Positions 13,702 through 27,051 of a stretch of DNA of 64,000 bases are shown here, one piece after another. Below the pieces are notes generated by a model. The model did no database searches, was not told the DNA's origin, and saw nothing but the letters and a program-made list of their open reading frames with translations. The first letter of the stretch is position 1. Every line of letters starts with the position of its first letter. A program made the translations under genes and the position numbers. This DNA comes from Tubiluchus corallicola (lineage: Eukaryota > Animalia > Priapulida): assembly GCA_030141605.1 (NCBI GenBank), contig JAQGDQ010000258.1, forward strand, positions 258,000 through 321,999. Direction: 5' to 3'.

Positions 13702-14578
13702 CTGAAATTACGAAAAAAAGGATTTTAATGAAGGTGCGCTTCATACGTAATGATAATGATCGTGCGAGATAGCTTTCCTTGATATCATCTATTTGGCTAC
13801 GTAAGCAAGTTTACATGGTGGTATTATGACGCCTGAAAGACTAGTTCCAGTTTTTGCATTGGCTATTGCATTGGACTTAGCGGATTAGACACATGACTTT
13901 TAGCAACTAGACTAACATAGTAAATGTATTTACTTCCAGCATTTAGTAAAATATTGAAAGTGCAAAGAACGCGCTGGCTGAGTGAACTAGATAAGCATAA
14001 ATTATAACAACCAATTTCTGAGCAATGTTTATAATCTTTAATGCAAAAGATTTATTAGTGTTTATTCGTAGAAAACATAGGACAAGTTTTATTTCTAAAA
14101 ATGGACAAAAATTTGGCACAGTTTTTGATAAATTGTGGGCTGTTATGAAGAATATTTTATTTGATGTCTTAACAAAAAGTTTCAAAAAAATCGAAAAATT
14201 ACAAGCATTAAATCACAAATTTATAAAGTATCCCCAGAAGAAGGTTGGCGAAATAATCTTGCAGGCGTGGCTTTTTAATGTAACTGTAATTATACAATCA
14301 GATGTTTTAGTGTGATTAGGTAACAGACCTTGCGGTTTAATATTGAAGGGCAATTAGACTTATGAGAAATTTGTTGCAAAAAGAGGCTAAAAATGTGAAA
14401 TCATCGGAACTTGAACAGAGATAAATGGATTATGCCCACATGCTCTACGTCTAAGCTATGTACACACATAGAGAAAGTAGCCCTGTTTTCACATCTCACT
14501 GAAAACAATTAAATATTGCCACATATATCCCTAGCCTGCAGTTGGCGTTATTTGGTTATGTCTGCTGATGATAATTCA

Positions 14579-14745
14579 GGCCTGCTTTCTCCAAATGGTT
14601 AGAGCAAGCGGTCATAATCCTGTGGCCTCGGGTTGAAGTCCCGATGCACGGTTTTGAATCTAAGTAAAGTAGGCTGTCTGACTTAAAAGCAACTGTAAGG
14701 CAGTGGCGTGGTGACTCTGTCTTTATAAATAAAACTGACTTGATT
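14579..14745 (+). mobile_element. Decayed tRNA-derived SINE-like element or tRNA pseudogene
   Basis: D-arm-like CCAAATGGTTAGAGCA, anticodon-like GGTCATAATCC and T-arm-like TCGGGTTGAAGTCCCGA, then about 80 bp of body, AATAAAA and a short repeat-like tail. Confidence 0.45.
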
Positions 14746-15705
14746 TTGCTCCCCTGTGAACAAAATTGCAAATTGTTCGCCAGATCTCCTTTTAGTCAAT
14801 AATTAAGTTGATTGAGCAAACATACTAGCAAGTGTGCTGCCACTAATGTCACCGCGTTAATAAGTTTCAGTTTTTCTGTTAGACAGAACTGTAAAGATAT
14901 ACATTGCAATATATTAAGCAACGCAATTCATAATTATGCTTAGTTAAGAGTTTTGTTGTTCAGTATCTGTGACGTATAGCTTAGTAGTAATGTTGATGTT
15001 CAGCTATATACTGCATAATTGAGTGAAGTTTCTGGCCGGCGATCAGAAGAAATAAACTAGTAACTTGTAAATAATAAAATTATGTGCAAATATAGCAAAA
15101 TTTAGTTGAACTCTGATTACGTAAAGCATTCATGTTCTTAAGTAGCTTACAGTTGGTGTTCTTCCGGCGTTAGATAGGAGTAATGAATTTCTAACTTTTT
15201 GCATTTTAGTCTGTACATTTAGCAACACCCTGTGCTGTAGCACCCCCTTGAATTTGTTGCACTGCTGCCACTGCCTCTGCTATTAGGTTCAACAAGAAAA
15301 ATGCTCTTTTGGCACTGCAGTTAAATAGGAGTCATGAAGGACCACCGGAAAAAATCATTGCATTCGTACAAAAGCTAAGATCAATCAGTGCAAGTCCTAA
15401 CTAAGACATGCCAGAAAAATGTGTAAACTCAAATGAACAGACTGAGAAGTATGTTTTTTAGTGACAATAGTAATACTAAAACAATAATTATTATTATCAT
15501 TGCAAAATCACTGCATTATCAAAAATTGCAGAAAAATCTGAGGTGATTCAGCAGCGTCTATCCTAGGTTAAATGTAGGTTTCATGAAATTTAGTCAGAAT
15601 GGTTAATATTACCTTACCTATTACTGTATACCTATTAACCCAAAAATTTGTGGCTACCAGCACATTCAATTGTGATGATAATAATAACATTTACTTCAGT
15701 GTAGA

Positions 15706-15978
15706 CAGTGCCGGATTCAGATATAAGTAAAGTAGGCTATAGCTTAAGGCCTCACAATCTGCATGGTTCCTCAAGAAGATTCCAGATTGGGTTTTATACT
15801 AATTTTTATAATTAAGTAATAATTTAATCATAAAATAATTTGTATTGTTCACTTTGCTACTAAATAATTATAAAGGCACATATATTTTCAAGTTTTCTGG
15901 GACCAGCTGGTACAACTTTAAAAGAGGCCTCAGGGCTTTATATAGCTTAGGGCCTCACTGAGTCTAAATTCGGCAGTG
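15706..15978. mobile_element. hAT-type MITE with intact 8-bp target-site duplication
   Basis: Imperfect TIRs CAGTGCCGGATTCAGA / TCTAAATTCGGCAGTG. AGTGTAGA lies on both flanks (15698-15705 and 15979-15986). The motif TATAGCTTA(A/G)GGCCTCAC occurs near both ends. Confidence 0.88.
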
Positions 15979-16892
15979 AGTGTAGATCAGAAATTTGATT
16001 CGCGGGAGTGCTCATCACACTTGTACTGTTTATGCAGCCAGAAGGACCGCCATACAGGACTGGACTCACAATTTCCGTATAGCTGCAGTTTAATAAGTCA
16101 ATGGAATGCTTCTTACTTGATGTATTCCAAGACTATTTTTGCCGTGTGTGTGTGGTGTAAATTGTAGCGAATTCAACGAGAAGAATTCTGATACCAGTGA
16201 CGCCACTGTAAAACTAAAGCAGCTCATTTTTGCATGCAAAAAGTTTTTCGTCAGTTTCTAAATATGATTTTGTTATCAGCAATGTCTAAGCTACATTTTA
16301 ACACCCAATCATATTTTACCTTCAGCGGTTGTTATAAGGTTTATTAATTCTGGTTAATTACAGATAATTACATCATCTTTTTGAAAATTGCCAACTGATT
16401 GATTGATTAATCAATTAACTTTTTATATTACGTGATTATCCTAACTGTACGGATAGCTGATATCCACACAAAACACTTTATTTTGTATGTTGATACTTGT
16501 CAAACTTTCTCAAGAAATTATAAAGTAACACCAACTTCATACAAACATAGAGAGTTAGAGATTTATTGGCATACAACAACAAAACATAGCAACACAGCAA
16601 ACGTAACAACGTCTAGTGAACTTAAGTTTTATGAACAAACTTATGTCACTTGGGTTTCAGACACTTCTCTGAAAAGGCAAACTTTGCATTTTAAAGCTAT
16701 CGTCAACGCGTTTAGTGATATGATGTAGGTAACACGTTTGCATACGTTTCCGAAACAAAATTATGCAAACGTATTATCAAGCATAATATATCTAAATGAC
16801 AAACTCAATAACCCTAGCACTGCTGAATCATTCACATGGTACTAGTAGTTTTCGAAATGTTTATGTTGAACTATAGGCGAACTATAATTGAA

Positions 16893-17189
16893 CATAGGCG
16901 TACGGGCCGATTTTTCCAGGACTGAGCCACTTTGGCCCGAAAAATACAGCGCCAACCCCAAAAAAGTCCGGAGTCGGCAATTGCTTCACCTCACCCCATG
17001 ATAAAAAATACCCGGATTTCGGGCATATTTCATTTGGCAGCATGGAGAAATTTCGTGATTTTCTTTTATGAAAAATATAATTTTATTTTTTCATCATTTG
17101 GCCGGTGTCCGAAAAATGTGGTGATTGCTCGAAAAAATGTGTTTGCCCGAATCCATGGGGCTGCAGCACCCCCGGCTCGTAAGCCTATG
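16893..17189. mobile_element. MITE (hAT-like TIRs)
   Basis: TIRs CATAGGCGTACGGGCC / GGCTCGTAAGCCTATG, with repeated internal GCCCGAA motifs. No clear TSD. Confidence 0.7.
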
Positions 17190-17401
17190 AAACCAAATTT
17201 GTTTTCACTTTTTGTAGTAGTCTTTTTATTGTTAAATTTGCTTAACAACTAGATAAGTGGCCGTAATGAACTAGATAAATTTTGCTTGCAGCCATTCATC
17301 CGGTAAACAGCTCAATTTTATTGTTATTAATTAAAGTGTTAAATCACCAAGCACGACAGTTTTAAATTTCAGTAAAACATTAAACACTTCTATATACATA
17401 C

Positions 17402-17620
17402 CTCCTGCTGAACATTGGACATTCCATTCCCAATCACAATTTCGCAGTATATGGTTCCATTTAAGGGGTGGCTCACACGTTCTCCTTTGAATGGGTCCTC
17501 CTAATTTTTTGGAGCATGCGTAGAATGCACTACAGTCATCAGGATCGGACAACAGTTTGAATCGAGAAGCATGGCACAGCTGATAGATCTCGGTGTTGAG
17601 AAGGCCATTGGTGTAGAGCA
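17402..17620 (-). CDS. Exon 2: chitin-binding type-2 (peritrophin-A/CBM14) domain
   Basis: Six Cys in CBM14 spacing: CHASRFKLLSDPDDC-SAFYAC-SKKLGGPIQRRTC-EPPLKWNHILRNC-DWEWNVQC. Acceptor tatttttcag|TG and donor GAG|gtatgt define a 219-bp phase 1-1 exon. Confidence 0.9.
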
Positions 17621-20600
17621 CTGAAAAATAAAGTTACTGATAAATAATTATGCAAATAAGTGAAGAATTATTATAAAACACGTGTCAAAAGAAAATATTA
17701 AATTGTTTTGCCTTTTAGGTTAAATTCAATAATCTTTAATATAACTCAGTCTCAAAAACTGAAGCATGAATTAAATTTAACGTTGTATTAAACAGTATAA
17801 TAGAAAAACAATGTACTGGGTCTAGTACAAATTGATTTCAATTATGCTAAATCGAAGAAAGGGCACATAGGTAACTAGGCCATTCAGAATAACTGAGTCA
17901 TGTAACATTTGTACTGTAATATACCTGCCAAAAGTCTTGTTCTTATTAAATGTAAAAAATTACAATTTCAGTGGGTTACTGCGCAGTAGAAAATGGTGTG
18001 AGCATGCAGAAACGTTCTAATTAAATATTCTAATTCTCTTTCTAAAGGTAAAATACGGACAGCTAAAATTGTATTTTTGAGCGAAAAATAGATCGTCTCA
18101 ATAAATAATGCCTTTAAGATATGTTTTTTTTGCTAAATGAAACTATACTAGTCATAAAACCTTATAGTTTCTGGAGAAATTAACAAGGTAGGTTTTTTGA
18201 AAAAAAATGACGCCGTCGTTTTGATCTATTTTGTTACTATTGGAATATTAACGTTGTTCTTTTTTTGTGTGATTTTGCTCGTTCATGTTATCATGCAATA
18301 ATAGAGCATAATAACTTGTAACAAACGACTTGCGGTAAAACACAAGCTGCAAAGGACTAATGGAACTGCCCAAAAAGGGGAATTGAATTCAGCGCTGACA
18401 GTCACTCGTCCATTTATTGAACAGCTTTCCTATTGCTTAACTTTGTTCATTAAGCACAGCTCTGTCACCGAGGCCAACATTTAGCAACATCATAGCAGCA
18501 TCATAATTTTTGTACTATAGCGTTTGAGGTATGCGAAAAAAATAGCCAACCAGTCAAACATAAAATACATTTATAACAAAATAAGTAAACCGAATAAGTG
18601 GATTTTGGATTTTATTTTATCTTCTTTAAGAACGTTTAGGAAGAAGGTTTATACAAATAGAAGTTGAATTGATCTAAGATGTTCTGGTTTACAACGTTTT
18701 TGAACGAATCATTTTGTTTGCTTGATCAGTTTACGCGATACATTTCACAGTCTTTTTTCGATACATTTTTGTTGTAAGTTTGGCCTTTTGTGTCTTTTAA
18801 GCTCAGTCTCGACCTGTTCCAGACTGAGTATTTCTTATGCCCTATTAAGGGTCGCCCATCTGGGACATTAAAACAATATTTTGTTTCAAGGTGACAACGA
18901 CCTGCAGAATTTCGAAACTAGCAAGTACACATATTTAATTAGCAAATGCACGTGCAATTGCTCGTCCTTACTCGTACGTATAACATTATCTTGTATCAAC
19001 AGTAATTGCTAGATTTTGTATTAGCATAATATGACACTCCATTTTTAGAATGGTTGTTGTACGTAAGTTCACCGCGTCCCTAAAACCTCTCGTTGCTTGC
19101 ATTTGGCAAACAAACATTCAGTTCTGCTAACAATAAACTTAGTTTGTTTCGCTTGCTAGCTGACCTAAAAGAGAAACGCATTAATCGCCTATTATACATT
19201 TACTGATGCGGCAGTTCTTCTTCTTACTGTGTTCATTTAGATTTAAAGAACATAATATACAATGTTACACGAGTGGACATTTTTCCAGGACAGATTCACC
19301 TACGTAGTTATTGTTGTACTATAATGAATGAGTTAAAATAATTAAGATGAACTAACATTTACACTTATATTAACATTATAATTAGAATTTATTGATCATA
19401 ATTATCAAAGAAATCTGTGTGATTTTTTTTGCTTTTGTAACTCTACTGCCCATAACTAAAGAAATATGTTCAGTATGAATTGTAATTGATTGTAATTGTA
19501 ATGTATCAGTTGTAATTGATATAGCTACAGTAGGTACACTAGCAAGGTTCTATAACCTATAAAAAGTTTCATGCAATACGGTGCTTCGAATTCTAATATT
19601 TCGTAAAAGATGAAATTAAGAAGAAGGGAAAAGAAGGGAATATTGATGCTCTCCTGGATACGATTGTAACACTTGGTGATACTGTTAGACTGAAAGATCG
19701 GCAGACAGGCATATCCCGAGTGATTACTGCAGCTTTCCTTCCAGGCCAACTATGAAAATATTATTTTAGCGTTGAAACTGTGATGCATGCAAATAGGAGG
19801 TTCATGAAAAAGATTTGATTTTAAACAAAGATATTATGTGCGCTGAACTTGTTTATCTATTTATTCTTTTCGCTACGTACAAAAGCGCAATACAAACACT
19901 TGATACATCCGCTGCTAACATTCATTACAAACACACGCATTACTAAAATGCGCATTATCCTCTAATTCACTTTTGTGAAAACAAACAAAGGTGGGATCAC
20001 TCGGCCACTAGGACGCAGACTAAGTGATATGCATTTTGATTTTGACATTGTGTAAACAATACAATTAATGAACAAACAGGGCACCAAACATTGATCTAGT
20101 GAGTATAATTTCTCAGTAGCTTAATTAACGAACCCCTCAGACATTCAAAACCTTGAACAGAGAATTGTTTATTAATTGCGCGTTAAGAATTCTTGATTAG
20201 AACAACGCTCCCATTGTACCTGGGAAGACAGATCAAAGTTAATTATACTTCGGCAAGAAAATTTGACGACCACTTATTACACCTATATATAATTATCATA
20301 CATGACATTCAAAGGTAAATATTTGTTAACGTAAAAGTATTTACTACTAGTATTTGTTACATGACATTGATTCAGAATGTGTCTTTTGAGTCACACTCCA
20401 TAGCTTTGTGGTTACGTGCTAGTTGTTACAATTAATAATAGTAATTTTAATTTATGTTGCCAGCATACATAAAGGCAAAAATCTTATATTAAAAAAGAAA
20501 TTAATTTTTTTACATTTTATTTAGTGTTTATGTCAGCGCATAAAATGTCATACAAAAGCAAAAAATTACACTAAAAACGAACAAATCTACATGCCATGCT

Positions 20601-21262
20601 CTATTAAAAGCTACGGAAATTTCCAAAAAGTATAATAAAAATACATGCAGAAATTAAAAATACAAAGCATCAGTTAAAAAGCCAGCAGTTACTACATTAT
20701 TAAATCATGCCATCTTCTAAATATTCTACTATAAAATCGAGCATCAGTTTGGTGGCATATATAACTTACAACAAAATTTGCTGATCTAATCATTCTTGTT
20801 CTTAAACTTTAAGCAGAGTGACGCAACAGTACTTTAAAATGTTTTATATTGCTTTCTGCACATATTGTAAAATATGGCGTATCATAAGCATAACATGTGA
20901 AAAACGAAGAGCAATGTTGTAAGTGGCATGGATCTTGGTTAAACTGCATACTTAGACATTAACCCATAAGTTAGTACAGTATTATGTAGTTACAGAACGA
21001 ACGAAATTTTCACATTTTTTTGAACAAGAGTTACATTTAGTTAATAACACGTTAGCGAGCATCTAGCGATTACCAAACGATTCTGGTTTTTTGTCTAAAT
21101 CACCCGAAAGATCGTTAGAAAGACAAAGATACTTGCGGCTATTTTTAACACAAATTTCAACACTGCCAAGAGTTACGTAGCCCTGAGCGCTATGTCGTTA
21201 TAGTTAGAGACGTTATAGGATGGAAAGGAGAAGGAGTGGGACAGAATTGGAGGGAGAGAGAC

Positions 21263-21489
<227 letters not shown>

Positions 21490-22441
21490 AAGAAAAATGG
21501 ATGACGCCTGTTATCAACATTTAATCTGTGAATTTATTTGGCATGTAGCCATGACATTAAAACATGACCAATTATCAATTATATGACAAAGGATTCACAA
21601 TTACTATAAATTAAATGATTAATCAATTACCCTTGGTACATTCTTTTAGCTACTTGTGAATGAGTACTAATCAAATTACTGATGTAGAAATCATTGCCAT
21701 TGTAGTGCTATCCCACATTGCCATAATTACAGGTGTGATAAAACAAGGACAAGATTATTTCATAAATTATACACACCAGATTCTAAATTATTGCCTCTAG
21801 TCTTGATTTGAAATACCTTCAATTTTTTTATAAATTAGCGTTAATTTGTCAAGATCTAACAGCGCATTTTTATATAATATCAAGGATAAGCTAGTTAGTT
21901 TAATGACAAAGTGACAAAAGCTTACGTACAAAAGATAGGCCTGTGCTAATTCTTAATGTCAGGCAACTGTCTATAAATAATATGATATCTAGGACAGAAA
22001 GTTATGTTAGAATCGTCTCTACTCTCAACTCGCTATTCTAAGCAGGAGTTTTTAGTATTCTAAATACAAGTTATTTGGTTGCCGTCACTGAGGCGAAATT
22101 TAATTTAATTTTACATGATTGCAATCAATTTACACCAATAAACTCGACAATTCTTATGTTTATAAAGCATCTGTAGGCCCAAATTTTATTGCCGGCATAA
22201 TTTACTAGCAAACGAATATAAAACTTTAATTTGAAAGTAATAGCTTAATTATGAAAACTGTGCCAAAGGAGCAGGCTTGGCCCACATTAAATACCGCAGG
22301 GCATGAAAATATAAATGCCTATGCCATGTGAAGTTTATAGTAATTTTTCATTAGTGTGTAGAGCCCTTATAATTATGTATGTTAGGTATTCGAATTCGAC
22401 CAAATATATTAAAAAGCAAGATGTATTAGAATGAGTAACAA

Positions 22442-23639
22442 CAGCAGGGCTTTAGAAAGGCTTTAGAAAACGGGTGGGCCCAATTAAAAAGCAGCTAGGG
22501 GTCTGGGGGAGCGCTGTAAGCTACCCCAGCAGGGTCCGGGGAGGAGGCCCGGCCGCTAATGCATTTTACTGTATTTTAGACCATTTTTCTTGCTATTTCC
22601 TTAAGCAAATTCAATAGTTTAAAACTCATTATGTCACCTCAAACTTTTGACTCTTAATTACATACCAATATACTAGTATATAGTGTGTATGATGTACATA
22701 ACGTTTATGTGTTTTGAAAAGTAGAACCTTTGTGCTATGTGATTTTTGCAGGTATTAAATTTTAATAAAGGCACTGCTAGAATTTATTCTAGCACTGCTA
22801 AAATCTATGTGTGGGAATTATGTAAATAATTAAGTATATGAACTGATTAGGCAGATCTGTGGAAATAGGATAAAAAAATTGCACAATGCAAAAAATAGAT
22901 ATGAGAATTTTTTGTGATAATTTTAATTTAAGCAGGCCATATACAACAACTGTATTTTCATAGGTAATTCACTGCTCGACTGTCATAAATGTACAATATG
23001 TAACGTAATGCACACTATACTATCTGCATCTGAAGTTCTGACAAGATTAAAAAATTATATTAAGCAGAAAACATGTGACATTATAGATGTAAGCACTCAG
23101 AGATGAAAAACTGAGGGTTGTGTCTCTCTTTTAAATAAGCCTAGGATTAAACGACTCACTATTTTTGGACTCTTCGCCAATTCCATGCTTAATATTAAAT
23201 TTTCTTTCAATTATGAAAGCCATTATGATGTTATATTATAATAATTATATTTTGAGGCTGAAATCAGACGATGGCTCCCTCCGAGGGCAGCTAAGAGAGT
23301 ACCTGCAATACGTCACTTCTCTAAGCTGCAGCTTACCACTTGATCAGTCGGTTCACATTTGTTTTATTATGCCGCCGAACCGATTGCGGAGTAACTTATA
23401 CCTATATTGCACACAGCGATATATTTGCCAAAGACTTCAATTATTACTTAAAGGGCACAACGTTTTTACACTAAAATCATTAATGCAGAACTTTTTGCTC
23501 GATATAAGTCATTAAAAGCTACCACGAAACGTTCTAAAACTTATAATCCAGAGAAAATATTCACTTGGTGTGCTGTAACTGCTACTGTGAAAGAGTGTCG
23601 GGGCAGGTACCTTGGGCCCACCCCCTAAATCCGCCAGTG
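22442..23639. mobile_element. Degenerate non-autonomous DNA transposon (hAT-like)
   Basis: The GC-rich subterminal block GGGGGTCTGGGGGAGCGCTGTAAGCTACCCCAGCAGGGTCCGGGG resembles invertebrate non-autonomous elements. The right end reads GGGCCCACCCCCTAAATCCGCCAGTG. The left TIR is decayed and there is no TSD. Confidence 0.5.
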
Positions 23640-23675
23640 AACAGTATATTAATGATCAGAGAACAATTTTTGTTT

Positions 23676-23792
23676 CATTAATTAATTATAACCGTGATTG
23701 CCAGAATTTTTATAAACCATTTCGGTTTGTTTTACCAATTATTATCCATTGAGTTGGAGAAAGGAGACACTAAGAAATTGTGGACTAGTCGG
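23676..23792. repeat. Dispersed repeat fragment, inverted copy at 36614-36742
   Basis: CATTAATTAATTATAACCGTGATTGCCAGAATTTTTATAAACC...AATTGTGGACTAGTCGG matches the reverse complement of 36614-36742. Confidence 0.75.
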
Positions 23793-23997
23793 GATAATAT
23801 GATATATTACGCTAGTTGTCAGTTGTACTGTATTGCACGTATAACGGTGTATTACATGTAGTTAGTTGCCAGCTAATTTTGGAAAGTATTGATGCCACAA
23901 TCGTTGTTTCATTTGCGTGTAATACGAACTAACTGCACGCGCGTTATGAATTGTAAACGAAGGGCTTTGGCAAAACTTAGGCCTTGTAATATGGAAG

Positions 23998-24566
23998 GCT
24001 GCAACAAACTAGCTAAAACAACTTTGCAAGAGGTAAATATCACATATGACATAAATGTGACATATGACTATAAATGCAACATCTCATCTATGTATGTTTC
24101 GTAATGAGTAAGACATTGTTTATTATTACTCCACTTTCATAAGCAATTCTTAGAGAGGGAGAGCTAGGTCCTGATAAAAATACTATTTCAGTCTATTATA
24201 TGACTGTCTATTATATCAGTCTACTATATTTTAAAATGAGCAATATAATATATCATTTGTCATGTATTGAAACAGTATGTTTACTAAGACCTAGGTCTTC
24301 TTCTCTTTAAGAGTTACTTCTCTCTAAAAGTAGCAGTGGGGCCATTATTTTTATTATTATAATTCTTTATTTTTAAAAACTATGTACAAAATACTTCCCT
24401 CTATTTGTAGGGAAGTATAGTGGGGCCATAACAAACAGTGTTTTAATTGTATTACTCATTTTAAAACAGACATTGATGAGATGTTGTATTTATGGTCATA
24501 TGTCACACTTATGACATATGTAATTTTTGCCTCTTGCAAAGTTATTGTTAACCGGTTTGTTGCAGC
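23998..24566. mobile_element. MITE/foldback element with ~95-bp inverted arms
   Basis: 23998-24093 (GCTGCAACAAAC...ACTTTGCAAGAGG...TGTGACATATGAC...AACATCTCATC) is the imperfect reverse complement of 24470-24566. Confidence 0.85.
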
Positions 24567-25974
24567 GTTGTATAATTATTGTGGGACAACCAGTGAAACT
24601 TTGGACTCTGAACTGCTTTAACCGTGAACGGGTTAACGCAGGATACACTGCTTATTAAATACGTCATGTACTGAAATAATTGTTCAAATCAGTATATTGC
24701 ATGTATAAGACTTAGTTTGTTATGGACGATAGGAAAGGGAATCGTGAAAACAACATTATTAGCCACAACTGCTAAATTTTGATCGCTGCCTCTGGCCAAA
24801 TCTTTAAATATTAATCTGTTTTCACCCAGGCAGGATCACCTCAATATCCAACAGACATGATAATATTAATATTATAAAATCCACAATTTATTTGTATACC
24901 TTGCATCAGAGAGGCGGTTTATCTGTTAATAATATACGAGTTATGTCAATGTAAATTTAAACAAAGCCTCATACATAAATTTAAGATTTAGGACGAACTG
25001 CTTTAAAAGAGTGAACTATTTCAAAGAATTATTTAGGCCCTACACCGATAGAATTAAAATGAAGCATCAATGAACCTAGCATAGAACGTTTCAATTGACC
25101 AGCATCTTCACAAAGACAACACATAAAATCGTCTAATTGTGTGTTAAATTATGTGTAAGGAATTATATCTATGCTTGTTTTAGAATGCGTCACGTGTGTT
25201 TGGACCATATACGGTAAAGGACCTGTCAACGCGCAGGTGACAAAAGTGTTGTGATCAGAATGGTGTCAGCGGTACAGAATGTCTCATACGTGATAAGAAT
25301 TAAATTCACCTTTCACTTTATTCTTTCGAACCAAGCTCTAAGTTTTGTTATATATTCAATATGGTCTACAAGCTAAACTGTACTTCAAAGGTTTTACCAT
25401 CAAATTGTTGATAAATTGTAAACTAGTTGATGAAGATTAATAGTTGTATTTTTCATTTTGATCATTTAAAATGCGTGTAATGTTGAATTTAAACTAAAAT
25501 CACAATAACTTGTTGCTGAGAGGCAATAATTTCCTTGGAAACAGATTTGGAATGAGTGATAGGCACGTGCAACAATTCCACGTAATGTGATCTCGTTAAG
25601 ATATAAGGCGCAAAAGTTGTAAGTTGTGCTAATCAAACAAATGAAAAATTTAAGGTGCTTTGCCTGGGCCAAATATACCCTAGACGACTTTATACTAGTG
25701 GCCTACTGTAAATCAAAGTAGTAAACACTTTTGTCGATGAACATTCAGGCAACCATGCAGGCCTAAAATTTCTGTTTCAAATGCCTCAGCTGGAGCAATG
25801 ACAAGAATTTAATGGCAAGAGACAAAGACAAATTTAAATCAGATGGATCTTTATTAATGCAAGTTTACAGACATTATAGATGTCGTTTTATTATAGCTTT
25901 GTTCGAGGTAATGTTTGCAGTGTGTTTGTGTGTGTGGTAATAAACTTGGTTGAGGCTTGGAAGAGGCAGTGATG

Positions 25975-26275
25975 GGAGAGAGTCTAGCAACGTCTATGAG
26001 CACCTAAATCTAATGTACTAGTTGCATGCTTGAGCTAAAGTAAGACATACTGAGCCAAATCAAGCTACTGATAAGGGTTGCAAAACACTTATTTTTAATT
26101 TTCTGGTAAAGCTAGACACAACATGTTGTACAAAACGGGAAGATAATCGAAGACTAAGAGGACTCTACATCAAATTGTTTTATAAAAAGGCATTCCAATT
26201 GTGGTGTGAACTCAAGAACTAATCCAGGCTGTTAAACGCAAGAAGCAAAGACCTACACTGAACGCAAGCCCTGAG
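25975..26275 (+). pseudogene. Possible decayed GIY-YIG endonuclease C-terminus (Penelope-like retroelement relic)
   Basis: The fragments ESSNVYEHL and ELIQAVKRKKQRPTLN resemble the SAVxEH and EAxxIxxxxPxLN motifs. The frame is broken by stops and frameshifts. Confidence 0.3.
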
Positions 26276-27020
26276 GTGAGAAAGTATATCACTGTACACT
26301 GGACAGTACTCTCTAAACTAAGAGGTAAGTTACTTTTCACCAATAATATGTACTGATTTACATACTGATACAGATTAGTGTTTTAGCTTATCTATTTTAG
26401 AAAATTTTTTAATACAGTTAGTGTATATTTTCAAGGTGTTAATTAGTGAAATACCAGAAAAAGAAGCAGAACCATGCGACATTTCCCCAGTGAGTTTAAA
26501 TCCAATTTAAACAAGTTTAAAACCGGGTTAAATAAATCATCCAAATACGCAGCCATTTAGATTTTTCAGTTACAGCTCAAATGTGGTGAATCTCTGACGG
26601 TTTCTAACATCACAGCAGATTCATCATACATATTAAAGATTCTAATCTTTTTAATGTATAAACTTTTTAATTTCTATAATAAATTAATAACGGCTCTACA
26701 AAGTATCATTCCATTTGCACCAAAGCTCTACGCTTCGAAGAACTAATAAAAAAATGAAAACTATAAATAAGCCCGTGAAGAAACAGGGTACTATTATACA
26801 ATATTGCTTTAAGTCGTAATTAGGTGCTTAAGAATTGCTTGTTAGCTGTTGTCAACAGGTCAGTATTTCTATCTGAGATGTTAAGAAAACAATTTTCTCC
26901 AGTTTTACGTACAAGTAAAACAACATTAACGTGCGTGGGAGGGCTCGTTATAACACAAGTCTAAATTACCAATAAAATGAGTATAACAACAGCACTTTGA
27001 GAGTTACTAAAGATACTTAC

Positions 27021-27051
27021 CGAGGCTAAATAGTATTGTGATTCGCAGCAT
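27021..27051 (-). CDS. Exon 1 (coding part): start codon and first half of the signal peptide of the CBM14 protein
   Basis: ttcaccATG CTG CGA ATC ACA ATA CTA TTT AGC CTC G|gtaagt has a good Kozak context and a consensus phase-1 donor. Joined to exon 2 it gives MLRITILFSLVLYTNG-LLNTEIYQLC, a plausible signal peptide. Confidence 0.78.

Noticed and set aside
13702-13744. MKRTFIKILFFVIS as a start or signal peptide
   Set aside because: It is the polypyrimidine tract and acceptor of intron 2 read in frame.
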